This document shows positions 55,801 through 64,000 of a stretch of DNA of 64,000 nucleotides, piece by piece; position 1 is the stretch's first letter, and every line of letters starts with the position of its first letter. The notes below the pieces were generated by a model. It saw only the letters and a list, made by a program, of their open reading frames with translations, did not search any database and was not told where the DNA came from. The position numbers and the translations under genes are program-made. The DNA is from Eledone cirrhosa (taxonomy: Eukaryota): positions 30,070,001 through 30,134,000 of the forward strand of contig OZ024740.1 in NCBI GenBank assembly GCA_964016885.1, written 5' to 3'.

Positions 55801-58800
55801 GAACTGTAGGTGTTGTATATATAGTACTGTAGGTGATGTATATATATAGTATTGTAGGTGTGGTATATATAGTAATGTAGGTGTTGTATATATAGTAATG
55901 TAGGCGTTGTATATATAGTATTGTAGGTGTTGTATATATAGTATTGTAGGTGTTGTATATATAGTACTGTAGGTGTTATATATAGTAATGTAGGCGTTGT
56001 ATATATAGTAATGTAGGCGTTGTATATACAGTATTGTAAGTGTTGTATATATAGTATCGTAGGTGTTGTATATATATAGTATTGTAGGTGTGGTATATAT
56101 AGTAATGTAGGTGTGGTATATATAGTAATGTAGGCGTTGTATATATAGTATTGTAGGTGTTGTATATATAGTAATGTAGGCGTTGTATATATAGTATTGT
56201 AGGTGTTGTATATATAGTATTGTAGGTGTTGTATATATAGTACTGTAGGTGTTGTATACATAGTACTGTAGGTGTTATATATAGTATTGTAGGTGTGGTA
56301 TATATAGTATTGTAGGTGTGGTATATATAGTAATGTAGGTGTTGTATATATAGTAATGTAGGCGTTGTATATATAGTAATGTAGGCGTTGTATATATAGT
56401 ATTGTAGGTGTTGTATATATAGTATTGTAGGTATTGTATATATATATAGTATTGTAGGTGTTGTATATATAGTAATGTAGGCGTTGTATATATAGTATTG
56501 TAGGTGTTGTATATATAGTAATATAGGCGTTGTATATATAGTATTGTAGTAGTTGTATATATAGTACTGTAGGTGTTGTATATATAGCATTGTAGATGTT
56601 GTATATATAGTACTGTAGGTGTTGTATATATGGTACTGTAGGTGTTATATATAGTATTGTAGGTGTGGTATATATAGTAATGTAGGTGTTGTATATATAG
56701 TACTGTAGGTGTTATATATAATATTGTAGGTGTGGTATATATAGTAATGTAGGTGTTGTATATATAGTAATGTAGGTGTTGTATATATAGTAATGTAGGC
56801 GTTGTATATATAGTAATGTAGGTGTTGTATATATAGTAATGTAGGCGTTGTATATATAGTATTGTAGGTGTTGTATATATAGTATGTTAGGTGTTGTATA
56901 TATAGTAATGTAGGCGTTGTATATATAGTAATGTAGGCGTTGTATATATAGTATGTTAGGTGTTGTATATATAGTATTGTAGGTGTTGTATATATAGTAA
57001 TGTAGGTGTTGTATATATAGTATTGTATGTGTTGTATATATAGTATTGTAGGTGTTGTATATATAGTAATGTAGGTGTTGTATATATAGTACTGTAGGTG
57101 TTGTATATATAGTATTGCAGGTGTGGTATATATAGTATTGTAGGTGTTGTATATATAGTATTGTAGGCGTTGTATATATAGTATTTTAGGTGTGGTATAT
57201 ATAGTATTGTAGGTGTGGTATATATAGTATTGTAGGTGTTGTATATATAGTATTGTAGGCGTTGTATATATATAGTACTGTAGGTGTTATATATAGTATT
57301 GTAGGTGTTGTATATATAGTAATATAGGCGTTGTATATATAGTATTGTAGGTGTTGTATATATAGTATTGTAGTTGTTGTATATATAGTACTGTAGGTGT
57401 TGTATATATAGTATTGTAGGTGTTGTATATATAGTATTGTAGTTGTTATATATATAGTATTGTAGGTGTTATATATATAGTATTGTAGGTGTTATATATA
57501 TAGTATTGTAGGTGTTATATATATAGTATTGTAGGTGTTGTATATATAGTATTGTAGGTGTTGTATATATAGTATTGTAGGTGTTGTATATATAGTATTG
57601 TAGGTGCTGTATATATAGTAATGTAGGTGTTGTATATATAGTATTGTAGGTGTTGTATATATTGTATTGTAGGTGTTGTATATATAGTATTGTAGGTGTT
57701 GTATATATAGTATTGTAGGTGTTGTATATATAGTATTGTAGGTGCTGTATATATAGTAATGTAGATGTTGTATATATAGTAATGTAGGTGTTGTATATAT
57801 AGTAATGTAGGCGTTGTATATATAGTAATGTAGGTGTTGTATATATGGTACTGTAGGTGTTATATATAGTATTGTAGGTGTGGTATATATAGTAATGTAG
57901 GTGTTGTATATATAGTAATGTAGGCGTTGTATATATAGTATTGTAGGTGTTGTATATATATAGTAATGTAGGTGTTGTATATATAGTAATGTAGGCGTTG
58001 TATATATAGTATTCTAGGTGTTGTATATATAGTATTGTAGGTGTTGTATATGTAGTAATGTAGGCGTTGTATATATAGTATTGTAGGCGTTGTATATATA
58101 GTATTGTAGGTGTTGTATATATAGTATTGTAGGTGTTGTATATATAGTATTGTAGGTGTTGTATATATAGTATTGTAGGTGTTGTATATATAGTATTGTA
58201 GGTGTTGTATATGTAGTACTGTAGGTGTTGTATAAATAGTATTGTAGGTGTTGTATATATAGTATTGTAGGTGTTGTATATGTAGTACTGTAGGTGTTGT
58301 ATATATAGTATTGTAGGTGTTGTATATATATAGTAATGTAGGCGTTGTATATATAGTATTGTAGATGTTGTATATATAGTATTTTAGGTGTGGTATATAT
58401 AGTATTGTAGGTGTTGTATATATAGAAATGTAGGCGTTGTATATATAGTAATGTAGGTGTTGTATATATATAGTATTGTAGGTGTTGTATATATAGTAAT
58501 CTAGGTGTTGTATATATAGTAATCTAGGTGTTGTATATATAGAAATGTAGGCGTTGTATATATAGTACTGTAGGTGTTGTATAAATAGTATTGTAGGTGT
58601 TGTATATATAGTATTGTAGGTGTTGTATATGTAGTACTGTAGGTGTTGTATATATAGTACTGTAGGTGTTATATATAATATTGTAGGTGTGGGATATATA
58701 GTAATGTACGTGTTGTATATATAGTAATATAGGTGTTGTATATATATAGTATTGTAGGCGTTGTATATATAGTAATGTAGGTGTTGTATATATAGTAATG

Positions 58801-59080
58801 TAGGTGTTGTATATATAGTATTGTAGGTGTTGTATATATATAGTATTGTAGGTGTTGTATATATAGTAATGTAGGTATTGTATATATAGTATTGTAGGTA
58901 TTGTATATATAGTATTGTAGGTATTGTATATATAGTATTGTAGGTGTTGTATATATTGTAATGTAGGTGTTGTATATATGGTACTGTAGGTGTTGTATAT
59001 ATAGTACTGTAGGCGTTGTATATATAGTATTGTAGGTGTTGTATATATAGTATTCTAGGTGTTGTATATATAGTATTGTA
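31890..59080 (+). repeat. ~27.2-kb super-repeat, copy 2 (SINE-free)
   Basis: Same ordered marker series as 4150-31890, but with different internal duplications. It ends in ACTGTAGGCG...ATTCTAGG (~59006-59059), as copy 1 does (~31816-31869). Confidence 0.8.
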
Positions 59081-62000
59081 GGTGTTGTATATATTGTAAT
59101 GTAGGCGTTGTATATATAGTACTGTAGGTGTTATATATAGTATTGTAGGTGTGGTATATATAGTAATGTAGGTGTTGTATATATAGTATTGTAGGTGTTG
59201 TATATATATAGTATTGTAGGTGTTGTATATATAGTAATGTAGGCGTTGTATATATAGTACTGTAGGTGTTGTATATATAGTATTGTAGGTGTTGTATATA
59301 TAGTATTGTAGGTGTTGTATATATAGTATTGTAGGAGTTGTATATATAGTACTGTAGGTGTTGTATATATAGTATTGTGGGTGTTGTATATATAGTATCG
59401 TAGGTGTTGTATATATAGTACTGTAGGTGTTGTATATATAGTACTGTAGGTGTTGTATATAGAGTACTGTAGGTGTTATATATAGTATTGTAGGTGTTGT
59501 ATATATAGTATTGTAGGTGTTGTATATATAGTATTGTACGTGTTTTATATATAGTATTGTAGGTGTTGTATATATAGTAATGTAGGCGTTGTATATATAG
59601 TAATGTAGGCGTTGTATATATAGTAATGTAGGCGTTGTATAGTATTGTAGGTGTTGTATATATAGTATTGTAGGTGTTGTATATATATAATATTGTAGGT
59701 ATTGTATATATAGTATTGTAGGTGTTGTTTATATAGTATTGTAGGTGTTATATATATAGTATTGTAGGTGTTGTATATATAGTAAGGTCGGCGTTATATA
59801 TATAGTATTGTAGGTGTTGTATATATATAGTATTGTAGGTGTTGTATATATATAGTATTGTAGGTGTTGTATATATAGTAATGTAGGGGTTTTATATATA
59901 GTATGGTAGGTGTTGTATATATAGTATTGTAGGTGTTGTGTATATAGTAATGTAGGCGTTGTATATATAGTATTGTAGGTGTTGTATATATAGTACTGTA
60001 GGTGTTGTATATATAGTAATGTAGGTGTTATATATATAGTATTGTAGGTGTTGTATATATAGTATTGTAGGTGTTATATATAGTATTGTAGGTGTTGTAT
60101 ATATAGTATTGTAGGTGTTGTATATATAGTATTGTAGGTGTTATATATAGTAATGTAGGTGTTATATATATAGTATTGTAGGTGTTGTATATATAGTATT
60201 GTAGGTGTTACATATAGAGTATTGTAGGTGTTGTATATATAGTAATGTAGGTGTGGTATATATAGTAATGTAGGTGTTGTATATATAGTAATGTAGGCGT
60301 TGTATATATAGTATTGTACGTGTTGTATATATAGTACTGTAGGTGTTATATATAGTATTGTGGGTGTGGTATATATAGTAATGTAGATGTTGTATATATA
60401 GTAATGTAGGCGTTGTATATATAGTAATGTAGGCGTTGTATATATAGTATTGTAGGTGTTGTATATATATAATATTGTAGGTATTGTATATATAGTATTG
60501 TAGATGTTGTTTATATAGTATTGTAGGTGTTGTATATATAGTATTGTAGGTGTTGTATATATAGTATTGTAGGTGTTGTATATATAGTATTGTAGGTGTT
60601 GTATATATAGTATTGTAGGTGTTGTATATATAGTAATGTAGGCGTTGTATATATACTATTGTAGTTGTATATATAGTAAGGTGGGCGTTATATATATAGT
60701 ATTGTAGGTGTTGTATATATAGTAAGGTAGGTGTTGTATATATAGTATTGTAGGTGTTGTATATATAGTAATGTAGGCGTTGTATATATAGTATTGTACG
60801 TGTTGTATATATAGTATTGTAGGTGTTGTATATATAGTACTGTAGGTGTTGTATATATAGTACTGTAGGTGTTGTATATATAGTACTGTAGGTGTTATAT
60901 ATAGTATTGTGGGTGTGGTATATATAGTAATGTAGATGTTGTATATATAGTAATGTAGGCGTTGTGTATATAGTAATGTAGGCGTTGTATATATAGTATA
61001 GTAGGTGTTGTATATATAGTATTGTAGGCGTTGTATATATAGTATTGTAGGTGTTGTATATATAGTATTGTAGGTGTTGTATATATAGTATTGTAGGTGT
61101 TGTATATATAGTATTGTAGGCGTTGTATATATAGTATTGTAGGTGTTGTATATATAGTATTGTAGGTGTTGTATATATAGTACTGTAGGTGTTGTATATA
61201 TAGTACTGTAGGTGTTATATATAGTATTCTGGGTGTGGTATATATAGTAATGTAGATGTTGTATATATAGTAATGTAGGCGTTGTATATATAGTAATGTA
61301 GGCGTTGTATATATAGTATTGTAGGTGTTGTATATATAGTATTGTAGGTGTTGTATATATATAATATTGTAGGTATTGTATATATAGTATTGTAGGTGTT
61401 GTTTATATAGTATTGTAGGTGTTATATATATAGTATTGTAGGTGTTGTATATATAGTATTGTAGGTGTTGTATATATATAATATTGTAGGTATTGTATAT
61501 ATAGTATTGTAGGTGTTGTATATATAGTAAGGTAGGTGTTGTATATATAGTATTGTAGGTGTTGTATATATATAGTATTGTAGGTGTTGTATATATAGTA
61601 ATGTAGGGGTTTTATATATAGTATGGTAGGTGTTGTATATATAGTATTGTAGGTGTTGTGTATATAGTAATGTAGGCGTTGTATATATAGTAATGTAGGT
61701 GTTATATATATAGTATTGTAGGTGTTGTATATATAGTATTGTAGGTGTTATATATAGTATTGTAGGTGTTGTATATATAGTATTGTAGGTGTTATATATA
61801 GTAATGTAGGTGTTGTATATATAGTATTGTAGGTGTTGTATATATAGTATTGTAGGTGTTGTATATATAGTACTGTAGGTGTTGTATATATAGTAATGTA
61901 GGTGTTGTATATATAGTAATGTAGGTGTTATATATATAGTATTGTAGGTGTTGTATATATAGTATTGTAGGTGTTATATATAGTATTGTAGGTGTTGTAT

Positions 62001-64000
62001 ATATAGTATTGTAGGTGTTGTATATATAGTATTGTAGGTGTTGTATATATTGTATTGTAGGTGTTGTATATATAGTATTGTAGGTGTTGTATATATACTA
62101 TTGTAGTTGTATATATAGTAAGGTGGGCGTTATATATATAGTATTGTAGGTGTTGTATATATAGTAAGGTAGGTGTTGTATATATAGTATTGTAGGTGTT
62201 GTATATATAGTATTGTAGGTGTTGTATATATAGTAATGTAGGCGTTGTATATATAGTATTGTAGGTGTTGTATATATAGTATTGTAGGTGTTGTATATAT
62301 AGTATTGTAGGTGTTGTATATATAGTATTGTAGGTGTTGTATATATAGTATTGTAGGTGTTGTATATATAGTATTGTAGGTGTTGTATATATAGTATTGT
62401 AGGTGTTGTATATATAGTATTGTAGGTGTTGTATATATAGTATTGTAGGTGTTGTATATATAGTATTGTAGGTGTTGTATATATAGTATTGTAGGTGTTG
62501 TATATATAGTAATGTAGTCGTTGTATATATAGTAATGTAGGCGTTGTATATATAGTATTGTAGGTGTTGTATATATAGTATTGTAGGTGTTGTATATATA
62601 TAATATTGTAGGTATTGTATATATAGTATTGTAGGTGTTGTTTATATAGTATTGTAGGTGTTATATATATAGTATTGTAGGTGTTGTATATATAGTATTG
62701 TAGGTATTGTATATATAGTATTGTAGGTGTTGTATATATAGTAAGGTAGGTGTTGTATATATAGTATTGTAGGTGTTGTATATATAGTATTGTAGGTGTT
62801 GTATATGTATAGTATTGTAGGTGTTGTATATATAGTAATGTAGGGGTTTTATATATAGTATGGTAGGTGTTGTATATATAGTATTGTAGGTGTTGTGTAT
62901 ATAGTAATGTAGGCGTTGTATATATAGTAATGTAGGTGTTATATATATAGTATTGTAGGTGTTGTATATATAGTATTGTAGGTGTTGTATATATAGTACT
63001 GTAGGTGTTATATATAATATTGTAGGTGTTATATATAATATTGTAGGTGTGGTATATATAGTAATGTACGTGTTGTATATATAGTAATGTAGGCGTTGTA
63101 TATATAGTAAAGTAGGTGTTGTATATATAGTATTGTAGGTGTTGTATATCTAGTAATGTAGGTCTTGTATATCTAGTAATGTAGGTGTTGTATATATAGT
63201 ATTGTAGGTGTTGTATATATAGTATTGTAGGTGTTGTATATATAGTATTGTAGGTGTTGTATATATAGTAATGTAGGCGTTGTATATATATAGTATTGTA
63301 GGTGTTGTATATATAGTAATGTAGGTGTTGTATATATAGAATTGTAGGTGTTGTATATATATAGTATTGTAGGTGTTGTATATATAGTATTGTAGGTGTT
63401 GTATATGTAGTATCGTAGGTGTTGTATATATAGTATTGTAGGTGTTGTATATATAGTATCGTAGGTGTTGTATATATAGTACTGTAGGTGTTATATATAT
63501 AGTACTGTAGGTGTTATATATAGTATTGTAGGTGTGGTATATATAGTAATGTAGGTGTTGTATATATAGTATTGTAGGTGTTGTATATATATAGTATTGT
63601 AGGTGTTGTATATATAGTATTGTAGGTGTTGTATATATAGTATTGTAGGTGTTGTATATATAGTATTGTAGGTGTTGTATATATAGTATTGTAGGTGTTG
63701 TATATATAGTATTGTAGGTGTTATATATATAGTATTGTAGGTGTTATATATATAGTATTGTAGGTGTTATATATATAGTATTGTAGGTGTTGTATATATA
63801 GTACTGTAGGTGTTATATATAGTATTGTAGGTGTTGTATATATAGTATTGTAGGTGTTGTATATATAGTATTGTAGGTGTTGTATATATAGTAAGGTGGG
63901 CGTTATATATATAGTATTGTAGGTGTTGTATATATAGTATTGTAGGTGTTATATATATAGTATTGTAGGTGTTATATATATAGTAATGTAGGTGTTGTAT
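59080..64000 (+). repeat. Distinct satellite sub-domain with its own variant set and 1.2-1.7 kb internal repeats
   Basis: GTAGGGGTTTTATATATAGTATGGTAGG occurs only at ~59883, ~61603 and ~62840. TACTATTGTAGTTGTATATATAGTAAGGTGGGCG occurs only at ~60654 and ~62096. Confidence 0.8.

Larger units (their letters stand above)
1..64000 (+). repeat. 23-bp tandem satellite/minisatellite array, consensus GTAGGTGTTGTATATATAGTATT, running off both window ends
   Basis: The monomer can be read directly throughout, e.g. the pure run at ~62250-62500. Minus-strand translations repeat every 23 aa (YIQHLQYYIYNTYNTIYTTPTIL = 3 x 23 nt). The consensus has 6 G, 6 A, 11 T and 0 C. Common variants are ATT/AAT/ACT, GGTG/GGCG/GATG, GTTG/GTGG/GTTA and TA-number changes that give 21- and 25-bp monomers. 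Confidence 0.99.

Noticed and set aside
801-56590. All minus-strand ORFs (63-600 aa, repeats of YIQHLQYYIYNTYNTIYTTPTIL)
   Set aside because: They are translations of a stop-free satellite strand. The period is not a multiple of 3, 2-bp TA indels shift frame freely, and starts and stops come from sporadic monomer variants. There is no sign of coding constraint.
1-64000. CRISPR array
   Set aside because: The 23-bp repeats abut head-to-tail with no unique spacers, leader or cas genes.
1-64000. Telomerase-made telomeric tract (long G/T-rich unit as in some yeasts)
   Set aside because: The strand bias is suggestive. However, kb-scale barcoded duplications, an embedded SINE and 64 kb or more of heterogeneous monomers indicate recombinational amplification. 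The unit matches no telomere repeat I know. A subtelomeric or centromeric location cannot be judged from this window.
1-64000. Synthetic, low-complexity sequencing artefact or a deliberately encoded message in the variants
   Set aside because: Hierarchically shared variants and a TSD-flanked retroposon with empty sites fit natural evolution. The variant order is explained by duplication history. The exact copy number of blocks could still be mis-assembled.

Overview
The window is almost entirely one eukaryotic tandem satellite with a 23-bp consensus, GTAGGTGTTGTATATATAGTATT. It holds roughly 2,750-2,800 monomers (64000/23), all in one orientation, and the + strand is nearly free of C. I find no credible protein-coding gene. 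Every ORF in the track is a minus-strand by-product of a repeat with no stop codons on that strand. The only non-satellite DNA is a 147-bp insert present twice (23995-24141 and 27865-28011). It looks like a 5'-truncated tRNA-derived SINE on the minus strand: it has a Pol III B-box and a 19-bp target-site duplication, and from memory it resembles the abundant octopus SINE family. Rare monomer variants act as barcodes and show a nested history. There is a ~27-kb tandem super-duplication (about 4150-31890 and 31890-59080), independent 1-10 kb duplications inside each copy, and more diverged flanking domains. The SINE is in the first super-copy only, while three empty versions of its target site survive in the second. 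This gives the order: 27-kb duplication, then SINE insertion, then 3.9-kb duplication. I see no evidence of a novel coding system. The interest here is satellite and retroposon evolution. All alignments were done by eye, so block boundaries are approximate.
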